Source: an uncultured Oscillospiraceae bacterium
GTDB lineage: Bacteria; Bacillota; Clostridia; Christensenellales; CAG-314
Direction: 5' to 3'
Assembly: GCA_964607155.1 (NCBI GenBank)
Contig: CAZSIF010000002.1
Location: 33,124 to 97,123, forward strand
Length of the DNA: 64,000 nucleotides
The position numbers and the translations under genes are program-made. The notes under the pieces were generated by a model. That model made no database searches. It had not been told where the DNA came from and was given only the letters and a program-made list of their open reading frames with translations. Positions 37,108-48,096 of this stretch are shown piece after piece (within the stretch, counting starts at the first letter, position 1; every line of letters starts with the position of its first letter).

Positions 37108-38775
37108 TTAAAGTTTTTTGTACACAATCGCCTCGTACGGGCGCAGTTGGGTGAAGTCGGCGTGGGGATTGCTATCGGCATAGTTGCTTGTAACGAGTGT
37201 GTAGCCCTGCAGCTCGGCAGGCAGATTCCACTTTACGCACTTTAGCGAAAAATTGCACACCACAACAAACGAGCCGTATTCGCTATCCCTACGATAAGCA
37301 AGTAGTTTGCCGTTGTGTGGGCAAAGGTCGGTATAGGTGCCGTATACAAATGCTTTGTCCGCCTTGCGTAGTGCAATCAGTTTACGGTAATAGTTCAAAA
37401 CGGAGTTTTCGTCGTTTTGTTGTTTTTCCACGTTGATTTCTGTGTGGCGCGGGTTGACCTTTAACCACGGAGTAAATGCCGTAGTAAAACCTGCGTTTTG
37501 TTCGTCGCTCCATTGCATGGGCGTGCGTGCGTTATCGCGTGAGCAGTAGCTAAGGTTTTTTATTGCAAGTTTGTTGCCGAAAATCTTGGACATTAGTTTG
37601 TAGCTTCGGATTGTTTCCACGTCCTTGTAGTCGAATATATCTTGCATTCTTGCAGATGTGGTGCCTATTTCTTGTCCTTGATACACAAACGGCGTGCCGC
37701 TAAGCGTCATCAAGACGGTTGCCAGCATTTTTGCACCCTCCTCGTAAAGGGTTGTGTCGGAGCAGTATCTGCCAACAATACGAGCTTGGTCGTGGTTTTC
37801 CCAATATAGGGTATTCCAGCCCTTGCCGTAAAGTCCGTTTTGCCAATAGGAAATACACTTTTTTAACCTACGCAGCTTGAATTTGCATACAAGCTGTTTG
37901 ACGCCGAAACGGTTATCGCACGAAACGTGGTCAAAAGCAAAAACGGTGTCGAGATATTGTTTGCGCTCGTCAGTATACCGCAACGCCTTGGGTACGTCGA
38001 TAAACACGCTTTCGCCAACGGTAAAGGCGTCATACTCCGCAAGCACCTCTTGCAGTTGCGAAAGTAGGTTTTCCATTTGCGGTCCGTCAAGGTAGTGTTC
38101 TTTTCCGGTGAGGGCGATGCTGCGCTTGCCGTCGGGTAATCCTGGTGCCTTGCTGAGCAGCGTGATAACGTCGCAACGGAACCCGTCCACGCCTTTGTTT
38201 AACCAAAAGCGCAAAATGTCCTTTATCTCCTCCATAACCTTTGGGTTGCCGTAGTTTAGGTCGGGTTGGTTTTTATCGAACAGATGCAGGTACCACTGAT
38301 TGGTTGTATCGTCGTACTGCCAAGCACTGCCCGTAAAAAAGCTTGTCCAGTTGTTGGGCGGACGTTTTCCGTCCTTGCCTTGTCCGTCTGCCCAGTAATA
38401 GTAGCTGCGGTACGGACTGTTTTTGTCCTTGCGTGCTTGTATAAACCACTCGTGCTTATCGCTTGTGTGGTTTATTACAAGGTCCATTATTACTCGTATG
38501 CCGCGCTTGTGTAAAAGTTGCACGACCTCCTCAAAATCCGCCATGGTGCCGTATTCGGGATTGATTGTCTTGTAGTCGGCGATGTCGTAACCGTAATCCG
38601 CATTGGGACTTGCATATAGTGGCGAAAACCAAACGGCATCTATGCCGAGTGAAGCAAGATAATCGATTTTGGATATTATGCCCCCAAGGTCGCCTATTCC
38701 GTCGCCGTTGGAGTCCTTAAAGCTGCGCGGATAAATCTGATAAAAAATAGCTTCCTTGTACCATTTGTTTTTCAT
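37108..38775 (-). CDS. GH13 oligo-1,6-glucosidase / alpha-glucosidase-type enzyme
   Basis: WYKEAIFYQIYPRSFKDSNGDGIGDL, DLVINHTSD, DGFRCDVI, VGES and YWENHDQAR. Start set at the internal ATG (MKNKWY) with an RBS. Confidence 0.9.
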   Translation of the reverse strand: MKNKWYKEAIFYQIYPRSFKDSNGDGIGDLGGIISKIDYLASLGIDAVWFSPLYASPNADYGYDIADYKTINPEYGTMADFEEVVQLLHKRGIRVIMDLVINHTSDKHEWFIQARKDKNSPYRSYYYWADGQGKDGKRPPNNWTSFFTGSAWQYDDTTNQWYLHLFDKNQPDLNYGNPKVMEEIKDILRFWLNKGVDGFRCDVITLLSKAPGLPDGKRSIALTGKEHYLDGPQMENLLSQLQEVLAEYDAFTVGESVFIDVPKALRYTDERKQYLDTVFAFDHVSCDNRFGVKQLVCKFKLRRLKKCISYWQNGLYGKGWNTLYWENHDQARIVGRYCSDTTLYEEGAKMLATVLMTLSGTPFVYQGQEIGTTSARMQDIFDYKDVETIRSYKLMSKIFGNKLAIKNLSYCSRDNARTPMQWSDEQNAGFTTAFTPWLKVNPRHTEINVEKQQNDENSVLNYYRKLIALRKADKAFVYGTYTDLCPHNGKLLAYRRDSEYGSFVVVCNFSLKCVKWNLPAELQGYTLVTSNYADSNPHADFTQLRPYEAIVYKKL

Positions 38776-39045
38776 AGTAAAGCTCCTTTTTGTGTTTTGT
38801 GGGTTTATGGCAGTATTATACAACCTTTTTTGCGTCATTTCAATACAATTTGGACTTTTTTCAGTTTAACAGTACACAATATTAGTAATATATGTTAAAA
38901 TATACTGTACGCAAAAGATGATAAATCGGCGGTGGCGGCGCACGGCAGCATTGTCGACTTGACGGCGTGCAAATAATTGACGTCACATTCGGGCGCAAAC
39001 CGCTCGACTTGATAAATAAAAATACAAACGGAGTTAGTAAAAAGT

Positions 39046-40443
39046 ATGAGTATCAAACTTAATTACAATAATATGATGGAGTCCGCAATCGGCGATAAAG
39101 GCATCACACAGGCGGAGTTGGATAGCCACATTGAATTGGCAAAAGCTGCGCACGCGGGCGTGGAACTGCATCGCGGACAGGGCATGCAGGGTTGGATGGA
39201 TAGCCCGTATAATCAGGACGAGGTGGTTGCACGGATAAATCAGGTTGCAAAGCGCGTACAAAACAGTTGCGATGCCTTTGTTGTGCTGGGCATTGGCGGC
39301 TCTGCGCTTGGTCCGATTGCCGTCTTTACGGCGTTAAAGCACCTGTATTACAACGAACTGCCTAAAAAGGTGCGTAAGTATCCTCGTTTTTACGTTGTGG
39401 ATAATGTTGATCCCGAGCGCATGAATGCGCTTTTTGACGTAATCGACGTGGAAAATACTATTTTTAACGTTATCACGAAATCTGGCGCGACAAGCGAAAC
39501 GATGAGCCAATATCTTATTATTATGGATATGCTCACAAAAAGGCTCGGTCGCAAGGCTCGCGAGCATATTATTGCCACAACAAGCGAAAATAAGGGCAAT
39601 CTTATCAAGCTTGCCCACGAGGAAGGGTTTGAAACTTTCTATATCCCCGATGGCGTTGGCGGACGCTTTTCCGAGTTGTCGCCGGTGGGCTTGTTGCCTG
39701 CGGCAGTGGTGGGCATCGATATTGCAGCTATGCTTGACGGCGCAAAATATATGGACGAAAAATGCAAGAGTGACGATATTGCGGAAAATCCCGCTCTTGC
39801 AATAGCTTTGTTGCAGTATATTTCAATGAAAAAGGGCAAAAATGTCGGCGTGATGATGCCGTATGCGGATAGCCTTAAGTATATTGCCGATTGGTATTGT
39901 CAACTTTGGGCGGAGTCGCTCGGCAAGGAAGTTTCTCGCAAGGGCGAGGTTGTAAACGCGGGACAAACCCCTGTAAAGTCGCTTGGCGTTACCGATCAAC
40001 ACAGTCAGGTGCAGTTGTACAACGAAGGACCGTTTGATAAGGTTATCACATTTCTTGAGGTAGAACACTTCCGTAGCGAAACGGTAATTCCGCAAGGCTG
40101 CGAGGCGTTCCCTGACGTAAGCTTTTTGTGCGGACACACGCTAAACGAGCTTATGAGCAAGGAGCTGTATGCAACGCGTTATAATCTTACGCTTCGTCAG
40201 CGTGCCAATTACACTATCGCAATGGACGAGGTTAACGAATTTAACCTTGGTGCCCTGCTGTATCTAATGCAACTGCAAACGGCGTATGCGGGTGAAATGC
40301 TGGATGTGGACGCCTACAATCAACCGGGCGTAGAGGGTGGTAAAAACGCAACATATGCGTTGTTTGGCCGCAAGGGCTACGAGCAAAAAGCTGCCGAAAT
40401 GGCTAACGCTAAGCCGGACGAAAAAAAGTATATCGTTGAATGA
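39046..40443 (+). CDS. pgi: Glucose-6-phosphate isomerase (short, Bacillus-type)
   Basis: 465 aa with GIGGSALGP, GGRFS and DQHSQ.QLY..G motifs. Confidence 0.92.
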   Translation: MSIKLNYNNMMESAIGDKGITQAELDSHIELAKAAHAGVELHRGQGMQGWMDSPYNQDEVVARINQVAKRVQNSCDAFVVLGIGGSALGPIAVFTALKHLYYNELPKKVRKYPRFYVVDNVDPERMNALFDVIDVENTIFNVITKSGATSETMSQYLIIMDMLTKRLGRKAREHIIATTSENKGNLIKLAHEEGFETFYIPDGVGGRFSELSPVGLLPAAVVGIDIAAMLDGAKYMDEKCKSDDIAENPALAIALLQYISMKKGKNVGVMMPYADSLKYIADWYCQLWAESLGKEVSRKGEVVNAGQTPVKSLGVTDQHSQVQLYNEGPFDKVITFLEVEHFRSETVIPQGCEAFPDVSFLCGHTLNELMSKELYATRYNLTLRQRANYTIAMDEVNEFNLGALLYLMQLQTAYAGEMLDVDAYNQPGVEGGKNATYALFGRKGYEQKAAEMANAKPDEKKYIVE

Positions 40444-40563
40444 GCGACAATAAGCGGTATTTAATGCGACAATTTGGCGTGTTAAATACGTTTTGGTTGC
40501 TTAATGTGAATTATTTGCGTCGTTGTTACTGCGACGTGTGCTAAATTAAAAAGAGGATAGAAT

Positions 40564-41805
40564 ATGTTACCCAAAACTCCCGCTAAGGGCATGAGAGATT
40601 TTTTGCCCGAGGAATTTGCTTTGCGTCAGCAGGTGCTGGCAACCATACAAAAAACTTACGAACAATACGGATTTACTCGTATCGAAACACCTTCGGTGGA
40701 AAACATTGCATTGCTTACTTCAAAGCAGGGCGGCGATAACGAAAAACTGATTTTCAAAATTTTGAAACGTGGCGAAAAGTTGGAAAACGCCACCGAGGAT
40801 ACGTTGTGCGATTTGGGCTTGCGGTACGACCTTACCGTGCCTCTTTCTCGTTTTTACAGCAACAATTCCGGCAAGCTGCCTGCCGTATTCAAAGCTATAC
40901 AGATGGATAATGTTTGGCGTGCGGATCGTCCGCAGCGCGGTCGTTTCCGTCAGTTTGTGCAGTGCGATATAGATATTATCGGCGAGGAAACTCGTCTTGC
41001 GGAAACCGAGCTTATCACGGCAACGATGCATGCGCTATCCAATCTTGGATTTAACGATGTGACGGTACGCTTATCTGACCGACGTTTACTCAATGCACTT
41101 GCCGATCACTGCGGATTTTTGCCCGAGCAAAAAAGCGGCGTGTTTATCGCTTTGGATAAACTGGATAAAATCGGCGCGGATGGTGTGCTTGCGGAAGTCA
41201 AGCAAATTGCCGAAGATAAAGCCGATGCATTTGTTGCGCTACTTGAACGGATAACCTCTGCGGAAAATTCGTTTGAGGCGTGCGTTGCAGAGCTTGGCGA
41301 CGATTTGCCTGCGGATGTCGCTCAAGGAATTGCGGATATTTTGTACGTCACTAATCACACTGTTAAAAACGGCAGAGTGGTGTTTGACGTGACGCTTGTG
41401 CGTGGTATGGGCTACTACACTGGCACCATTTACGAAATTTCCGTTGACGGTATGGCAGGTTCGGTCGGCGGCGGTGGACGCTACGACAAAATGATAGGCA
41501 AAATGACCGGCACGGACGTGCCCGCATGCGGTTTTTCGATTGGCTTTGAGCGTATTGTGTTGCTCATGCAGGAGCGCGGACTTGCGGCCAAATCAAGCGT
41601 TGGTTCGGCTGTACTTGTGGATAAAAATCTTGATGCAAAGGCACTTGCGGACGTGATGGATAAGTGCGAGGAGCTTCGTCAGAATGGACGTGTTACGCTT
41701 GTAAAGCGTATCAAGAATTTTGGATTCCAAATAAAGCAACTTACCGAGCAGGGCTATGCAACAATATACGAAATTAAGGATGGGCAGCTAAAACCTGTCA
41801 ATTAA
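40564..41805 (+). CDS. hisS: Histidyl-tRNA synthetase
   Basis: GMRDFLPEE, class II motifs, R..QF.Q.D.D and GGGGRYD. Confidence 0.9.
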   Translation: MLPKTPAKGMRDFLPEEFALRQQVLATIQKTYEQYGFTRIETPSVENIALLTSKQGGDNEKLIFKILKRGEKLENATEDTLCDLGLRYDLTVPLSRFYSNNSGKLPAVFKAIQMDNVWRADRPQRGRFRQFVQCDIDIIGEETRLAETELITATMHALSNLGFNDVTVRLSDRRLLNALADHCGFLPEQKSGVFIALDKLDKIGADGVLAEVKQIAEDKADAFVALLERITSAENSFEACVAELGDDLPADVAQGIADILYVTNHTVKNGRVVFDVTLVRGMGYYTGTIYEISVDGMAGSVGGGGRYDKMIGKMTGTDVPACGFSIGFERIVLLMQERGLAAKSSVGSAVLVDKNLDAKALADVMDKCEELRQNGRVTLVKRIKNFGFQIKQLTEQGYATIYEIKDGQLKPVN

Positions 41806-41856
41806 CGGCATTAAAGTGCGCTTATTTGCCATTTTGACGGGCATTAGTGTGTCGTT

Positions 41857-44364
41857 TTGAATATGAATCAAGCAAAAGGCACAAAAAAAAGAAAAATGCG
41901 TTTGCCAAGTGATTTGACGTCGGTGCAGCGTTATGCCGTTGACGTGGACGCGGGGCTTACGAACGAACAGCTTTTGGCAAGGCAACAGGGTGGTCTTGTC
42001 AATTTCGACTCGCAAAAAAAAGGTAAAAGTATCTTGGGCATTATATTGTCCAATACTTTTACTTTTTTTAATGTTATTTATATTATTATCGCCGCAATAT
42101 TACTATATTACGGTATGCCAAAGCAGTGCTCGTTTTTGCCTGTGGTTTTGGCAAACACGCTTATTGCGATAGTGCAAGAGATAAAGGCAAAACGCACGCT
42201 GGATAGGCTTAGTCTTATCACCGAGCCGCGAGTTAACGCCGTGCGTAACGGTGCCGTGACGGATATTTCCGTTAACGAAATTGTTTTGGATGATATTTTG
42301 CGTTTGTCCGTTGGTGAGCAGATATCTGCCGACTCCGTTGTGGTTAGCGGTTTTGTTGAGGTTAACGAATCGATACTGACGGGCGAAAGCGATTCCGTCA
42401 CCAAGCGTGCAGGCGATACGCTTTACGCCGGTAGCTATATCGTTTCCGGAGAATGCGTCGCTCGTGTGGTTGCCGTTGGAAAATATAATTACGTTGCCGG
42501 CTTGACCGGACGTGCAAAACAGTACCAAAGGCCGCGTTCACAAATGCTCAAAGCGTTAAAACGTATTTTGGTGTTCGTGGCAATCATTATTGTGCCAATG
42601 GCGGCGTGCTTGTTTATTATCAACGGCGAAAGCAATGGTATCGATTGGGCATCGTTCAATCCGTTTGATACAACAAATCAAGCCCTGTTGCAATCGGTGC
42701 GTATCACATCCGGTTCTATAATTTCAATGATACCTGCCGGTCCGTTTTTGCTCACAAGCGTTGCGCTTGCCGCATCGTTTATTAGATTATCCAAAAACAA
42801 AACGCTTGCGCAGGAGCTTTATTGTATTGAAATGCTTGCCCGCGTGGACACGTTGTGCCTTGATAAAACGGGCACGATAACCGACGGAAGTATGCGTGTT
42901 GTGGATACGGTGGATTTTAGACCGAGTAAGTCGGCAAACACTGTGCGCGAGTTGGTTGCAAGTATGAATGCCGCTCTCAAGGCGGATAATATGACGGCAA
43001 AAGCGTTAAAAAAGTATTTTGGCGCGCCTAAAAAGCCGGTGCTTACGGCAACTTGTGCATTGCCGTTTTCGTCGGAGCGTAAATTTTCGGCAGTATCTTT
43101 TCGCGGAGTGGGAACGCTCTTTCTCGGCGCACCGGAGTTTGTGCTTACTTCGCCAAGTCAACGAGTTACTGATTTGACGGCAAAATACGCCGAGCAGGGG
43201 TTAAGAGTGTTGTTGCTTGCGCAGTCATCATCGGTGATGACAGATGTGCGCTCGGTACCCACGATAAGGCGTCCGATAGCCATGATCGTCATCGAGGACC
43301 ATATTCGTCCCGATGCGGCGCAAACGGTGGAGTGGTTCAAAAGTAACGGCGTTGCCGTTAAGGTTATTTCCGGTGATAATCCCACGGCGGTTGCAAGTAT
43401 TGCAATGAGGGTTGGCGTTGCCGATGCGGAAAAATATATCAGTCTTGAGGGTATGTCGGATAAGGACGTGTGGAGTGCAGCCACACAATACACTGTGTTC
43501 GGACGTGTATCGCCCGATCAAAAGGCGATATTGGTAAAGGCACTCCGTGCAAGCGGACATATTGTGGCAATGACGGGTGACGGCGTAAACGATATCCTTG
43601 CCATGAAGGAATCGGATTGCTCAATATCTCTTGCGGGCGGCAGCGACGCAGCGCGAAAGGTTTCGCACTTGATTTTGATGGAGGATAGTTTTGCATCTCT
43701 GCCCAAGGTTGTTGCCGAAGGCAGGCGTGTTGTTAATAATATACAGTCTGCAACAAGTCTGTATTTTATGAAGACCATCTACGTTATTGTAATCAATATT
43801 ATGCTAATCGCACTGCGGTTTGGCTGGGGGTACACGTTCAGCTCGCCGCTAACAAGCACTCGAGTTATGTTGTTGGAGTGGGTGGTTGTTGCATTGCCTA
43901 CAACCATTTTGGCATTGCAACCCAACGAAAGTCTTATAAAGGGCAGCTTTTTGGGCAACGTGTTGCGTAGGTGTATGCCTGCGTCGCTAACTTTTATCGC
44001 CACAACGGTGTCGCTGTACGCGTTAAAAGCCAACACGATGCCGTCCATCATTCCCGATAACGAGCAGTTATCTACGTTGGTTACTATTGTGTATACCTTT
44101 GGCGGATTGTTCGCGCTGTTTATTGCTTGTAAGCCTTTTGACGTGTGGTGGAAAAAGGCAATGTACGTCCTTGTTTTTGCTGCGGTCGTTTGTGGGGTGA
44201 CAGTGCCGTTTGCGCGCGACTTTTTTGAGTACGTTCAGCTCGATAGAGAGCAAAACCTGCTACTACTTGTGGAAATATTGGCTTCGCCTTTTGTGTTGAC
44301 GTTCTTTTGGAGACTTTTTAATTCGTTTGGAAAAACGCGCTCGCAGCACAGGGGAAGGAAGTAA
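41857..44364 (+). CDS. Cation-transporting P-type ATPase (HAD superfamily, ion specificity not assigned)
   Basis: Phosphorylation motif DKTGTITDG, hinge TGDGVNDILAMK, TGES actuator motif, and about 8-10 TM segments. Confidence 0.9.
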   Translation: MNMNQAKGTKKRKMRLPSDLTSVQRYAVDVDAGLTNEQLLARQQGGLVNFDSQKKGKSILGIILSNTFTFFNVIYIIIAAILLYYGMPKQCSFLPVVLANTLIAIVQEIKAKRTLDRLSLITEPRVNAVRNGAVTDISVNEIVLDDILRLSVGEQISADSVVVSGFVEVNESILTGESDSVTKRAGDTLYAGSYIVSGECVARVVAVGKYNYVAGLTGRAKQYQRPRSQMLKALKRILVFVAIIIVPMAACLFIINGESNGIDWASFNPFDTTNQALLQSVRITSGSIISMIPAGPFLLTSVALAASFIRLSKNKTLAQELYCIEMLARVDTLCLDKTGTITDGSMRVVDTVDFRPSKSANTVRELVASMNAALKADNMTAKALKKYFGAPKKPVLTATCALPFSSERKFSAVSFRGVGTLFLGAPEFVLTSPSQRVTDLTAKYAEQGLRVLLLAQSSSVMTDVRSVPTIRRPIAMIVIEDHIRPDAAQTVEWFKSNGVAVKVISGDNPTAVASIAMRVGVADAEKYISLEGMSDKDVWSAATQYTVFGRVSPDQKAILVKALRASGHIVAMTGDGVNDILAMKESDCSISLAGGSDAARKVSHLILMEDSFASLPKVVAEGRRVVNNIQSATSLYFMKTIYVIVINIMLIALRFGWGYTFSSPLTSTRVMLLEWVVVALPTTILALQPNESLIKGSFLGNVLRRCMPASLTFIATTVSLYALKANTMPSIIPDNEQLSTLVTIVYTFGGLFALFIACKPFDVWWKKAMYVLVFAAVVCGVTVPFARDFFEYVQLDREQNLLLLVEILASPFVLTFFWRLFNSFGKTRSQHRGRK

Positions 44365-44458
44365 ATCGCAAAAGGCTTTGAGTGAAAGAAGGACTGCGCC
44401 ATTAAGTGACAGTTAGGCTGCTTAAATGGGACAGTATCTGACGTAAAACGGTGTTTAT

Positions 44459-46336
44459 ATGTTATTACAAATTAGGTCGGCAGAGTTTCGATATGCCGAT
44501 AATACGATTTTTAAGAATGTAAGCTTGGACGTAAACGAGGGGGATAGCGTTGGTCTTGTGGGGGCAAACGGCGCCGGCAAAAGCACGCTGCTTGCTTGTA
44601 TCGTGGGCGAAAAACAGCTGTTTGATGGCACGATTGTCAAAAAAAACGGACTGACGATAGGCTATCTAAAGCAAAGCTGCACGTTCGATTCGGATAAAAC
44701 CTTGTTTGATGAACTGCTTTCGGTGTTCGATAAGCAAAGAATGTTGCTGGAGGAACTCCGCCGTTTAGCGGAGCAGATGGCAGCGGTGCCTGTTGACGGC
44801 GCAGACTATGCCCTTTTGGCGGAAAAGTACCATCGTTTGAGCGTCGAGGCGGATGTTGGTGAAGCGTATTTTTGCGAGCAAAAGGTAAAAACGGTGCTTA
44901 GCGGCATGGGAATGTCCGATTTTGCCGATAAGCTTGTGTGTACGATGTCCGGCGGTGAAAAGACAAAGGCGGCGCTGTGTAAGCTGTTGCTTGAACGTCC
45001 CGAACTGCTTATTTTGGACGAACCAACAAACCATTTGGATTACAAAACGCTGGATTGGCTCGAAGGTTTTTTAGCGGATAAAAAATCCACGCTTATTGTC
45101 GTTTCGCACGACAGATATTTTTTAGATAAGCTTTGTAGCACCGTGTGGGACGTTCAACACGGCGAAATTACCGCATACAAGGGCAACTATACTAAATACA
45201 AGCAGCTCAAGGCGGAGCGGCTGGAAAATCAACGTCGAGAGTACGAAAAACAGCAAAAAGAAATTGCAAAACTGCAGGATTATATTGCGTGCAACAAAGT
45301 TCGTGCATCCACTGCAGATATGGCAAAATCGCGAGAAAAGGCTCTTGAACGTATGCAAACCGTGGCTGCGCCTCTTGCAGACGAGCGTCCGCCAAGGTTT
45401 AGCTTTAAGTACACGTCGGAGCCATCGGAGTTGCCGCTTACTGTTAGGGACTATAGCGTGTCTTTTGGCGATAGGGCGGTGTTAAAAAACGTAAATATTC
45501 AAGTTCGCAGAGGACAAAAAATTGCTTTGCTGGGACTAAATGGTACAGGCAAATCCACACTGATGCGCCGCATTGCAGATATATCTCCGCGCGATTTTGC
45601 ACATATCGTTTTGGGTAAAAACGTGCGCATGGGTTATTACGATCAGGAAAACGTCAATCTAAACGGCGAGCTTAGGGTATTGGATCAGCTTTGGTTTGAT
45701 AACACGCGTATGTCGCAAACGGAAGTTAGAGGGCTGTTGGCGCAGGTGACCTTGGGCGCGGACGACGTGTATAAGCGCGTGGACGAGCTTTCCGGCGGTG
45801 AACGTGCAAAGCTCGGGTTGGCAATGCTAATGGCAAAGGATAATAACTTTTTGCTGTTGGACGAGCCGACCAACCACCTTGATTTGCCCAGTCGTGAGGC
45901 GCTTGAGGACGCCTTGCGTGAGTATACGGGAACGTTGCTGTTCGTTTCGCACGATAGATATTTTGTTAATTCTGTGTGCACTCAAATCGCGGAGTTGGCG
46001 GACGGAACAATTACGTCGTACGATGGCAGTTACGACGATTACGTTGTCAAAATGCGCGCCAAAGCGCAGCCCAACACACCAGTAAAGGCTGTTAAAACCG
46101 CATATAGGTCGCCTAAGCAGCGTGCCGAGCAAACAAATCGTGCTAAGCGAGTTAAAGAGCTTGAGTCTAAAATTACCGATTTAGAGGAAAAAATATCGCA
46201 GCTTAACGCTCAAATTGCTTTGCCGCAGGTCGCCTGCAATTATGAACAGGTTCGTGAACTTTCGGCGGAGATAAGCTCCTGTGAGCAGCAGCTTGTTGAT
46301 GCAATGGACGAGTGGGAAGCGCTTTGTGTAGAGTGA
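44459..46336 (+). CDS. ABC-F family ATPase (two fused ABC domains, no TM domain)
   Basis: Two Walker A motifs (GANGAGKST, GLNGTGKST), two signatures (MSGGEKTK, LSGGERAK) and a C-terminal coiled coil. Confidence 0.9.
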   Translation: MLLQIRSAEFRYADNTIFKNVSLDVNEGDSVGLVGANGAGKSTLLACIVGEKQLFDGTIVKKNGLTIGYLKQSCTFDSDKTLFDELLSVFDKQRMLLEELRRLAEQMAAVPVDGADYALLAEKYHRLSVEADVGEAYFCEQKVKTVLSGMGMSDFADKLVCTMSGGEKTKAALCKLLLERPELLILDEPTNHLDYKTLDWLEGFLADKKSTLIVVSHDRYFLDKLCSTVWDVQHGEITAYKGNYTKYKQLKAERLENQRREYEKQQKEIAKLQDYIACNKVRASTADMAKSREKALERMQTVAAPLADERPPRFSFKYTSEPSELPLTVRDYSVSFGDRAVLKNVNIQVRRGQKIALLGLNGTGKSTLMRRIADISPRDFAHIVLGKNVRMGYYDQENVNLNGELRVLDQLWFDNTRMSQTEVRGLLAQVTLGADDVYKRVDELSGGERAKLGLAMLMAKDNNFLLLDEPTNHLDLPSREALEDALREYTGTLLFVSHDRYFVNSVCTQIAELADGTITSYDGSYDDYVVKMRAKAQPNTPVKAVKTAYRSPKQRAEQTNRAKRVKELESKITDLEEKISQLNAQIALPQVACNYEQVRELSAEISSCEQQLVDAMDEWEALCVE

Positions 46337-46352
46337 TTTTTTATTTATAGAT

Positions 46353-47057
46353 ATGAAAACTGTTCTTGTGACGGGCGGTTCGCGTGGTATTGGTGCCGCT
46401 ACCGTAAAAAAATTTGCTTGCGAGGGCTATTGCGTTATACTTAATTATAACCGCAGTAAGGCGGATGCGCAGTCACTTTGCGACGAGCTTCGCGCAGGGG
46501 GATGCGATGTGCATCTCGTGCAGGCGGATGTATCCAACCCAAAGAGTGTATCGGATATGTTTGCGTACATAAAAAAGTATTTCAAAAAGCTGGACGTTTT
46601 GGTTAACAACGCCGGCGTGTGGCGTGGCGGAACAATCGATAGCGTTACCGTTGACGACTACGACTACGTTAACAACGTCAATGCGCGCGGGGCATATTTG
46701 TGTTGTGCCGCTGCCCTGCCGTTGCTAAAACTATCTGACCGCTCAAGCGTGGTAAACGTTTCTTCGGTGTGGGGGCTTAGCGGCGCTTCGTGCGAGGTGG
46801 CGTATTCAATGAGTAAGTTTGCGCTTGTGGGCTTAACGCTCGGCTTGGCGGAGGAGTGGGCGCGGGTACCCATAGCCGTAAACTGTGTGTGCCCGCCGAT
46901 AGTTCGTACGGAAATGTGTTCCGAATACTCGCTCGAGGACATTTCTGCATTCTGCAAAGAACGTGGCTTGCGGGAATATCTGCCGTCGCAGGTGGCGCAG
47001 GATATTTTCGATTTGGCTACAAACGGCAAAACGGGCGTCGTTTTGCGTGAACAGTAG
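46353..47057 (+). CDS. SDR-family oxidoreductase (FabG-like)
   Basis: TGGSRGIG cofactor motif, NNAG and the catalytic YSMSK. Confidence 0.85.
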   Translation: MKTVLVTGGSRGIGAATVKKFACEGYCVILNYNRSKADAQSLCDELRAGGCDVHLVQADVSNPKSVSDMFAYIKKYFKKLDVLVNNAGVWRGGTIDSVTVDDYDYVNNVNARGAYLCCAAALPLLKLSDRSSVVNVSSVWGLSGASCEVAYSMSKFALVGLTLGLAEEWARVPIAVNCVCPPIVRTEMCSEYSLEDISAFCKERGLREYLPSQVAQDIFDLATNGKTGVVLREQ

Positions 47058-47072
47058 GCGTGGGTGGTTACT

Positions 47073-48023
47073 ATGCAGTGGTATTTTGTTGTGCTGATTG
47101 TTTTGGGCGCATTGTGTGCTGTGTATGTTGTTTTTGCGTACGTTTTGGGACGCAAGCTTTTGCAAATGGCAACTCGCCCCGTGGCGCACGGACTTGAGGA
47201 AGCTCGGCAAGTGCAGGCGCAAACGGAAGGGCTATCGTTTGACGAATACGATAACGTGTGGCAAAAGCAATTTTTTGAAATTGTCGGTGTGCACGGCAAG
47301 CTTCGCGGCGAGGTGGTTTTCAATCCGTCGGATAGCGACCGAACGCGTCATCGCGTTGCAATCGTTTGTCATGGACACACTTGGAATAGGATAAACTCCG
47401 TTAAGTATGCAAAGATTTTTTACGACAAGGGCTACAACGTTGTGCTGTATGACCACGCATATTTTGGCCTGAGTGACGGTGCGTATACCACCTTGGGACA
47501 TAACGAATGTCGAGATTTGGGCTTTGTTATCAAGCACGTCAAAGAACTTTTTGGCGAAAACGCAATCATTGCATTGCACGGCGAAAGCATGGGCGCGGCA
47601 ACGGTTTTGGGAGCGTTGGCGGTTACGAAGGATATCGATATGGTGGTTGCTGATTGCCCGTTTTCTGACACGATGAAGTATTATCGGGAACTGTGCACGC
47701 AAATAACGCACTTGTCGTCCTTTCCCGTTGTGGATTTTGCCAATGGCGTTTCTAAGCGAAAGTACGGGTACGATTTTGCAAAATATAAGCCTATCGACTG
47801 TGTGAAAGCAAGCGATGTGCCCGTATGCTTTATTCACGGCAAGGCGGATGATTTTATCAGCTGTCATCACTCGGCGGATATGTTTAGCGTTTCGGATAGT
47901 GAACTTTCGGAACTGCATCTTGTGGATGGCGCTGCTCATGCGGAAAGCTACAAAACTTCATCTAATGAATACAAGGAGATAATCTGTAACTTTATTGATA
48001 AGGTTGAACATGCTCTCGAATAA
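47073..48023 (+). CDS. Membrane-anchored alpha/beta hydrolase
   Basis: N-terminal TM helix and nucleophile elbow HGESMGAA. A later HG.AD region is consistent with the Asp/His of the catalytic triad. Start could also be GTG at 47064. Confidence 0.75.
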   Translation: MQWYFVVLIVLGALCAVYVVFAYVLGRKLLQMATRPVAHGLEEARQVQAQTEGLSFDEYDNVWQKQFFEIVGVHGKLRGEVVFNPSDSDRTRHRVAIVCHGHTWNRINSVKYAKIFYDKGYNVVLYDHAYFGLSDGAYTTLGHNECRDLGFVIKHVKELFGENAIIALHGESMGAATVLGALAVTKDIDMVVADCPFSDTMKYYRELCTQITHLSSFPVVDFANGVSKRKYGYDFAKYKPIDCVKASDVPVCFIHGKADDFISCHHSADMFSVSDSELSELHLVDGAAHAESYKTSSNEYKEIICNFIDKVEHALE

Positions 48024-48096
48024 GTGACGCTTTATTTGTTTTAAAGTAGTAAAGTGCACTGTTTAATGCTTAAAAAATACATAAAGGAGAATTTAT

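Noticed and set aside
40444-40563. T-box leader upstream of hisS.
   Set aside because: The intergenic region is only about 120 nt and lacks the T-box sequence, specifier-loop architecture and a terminator.
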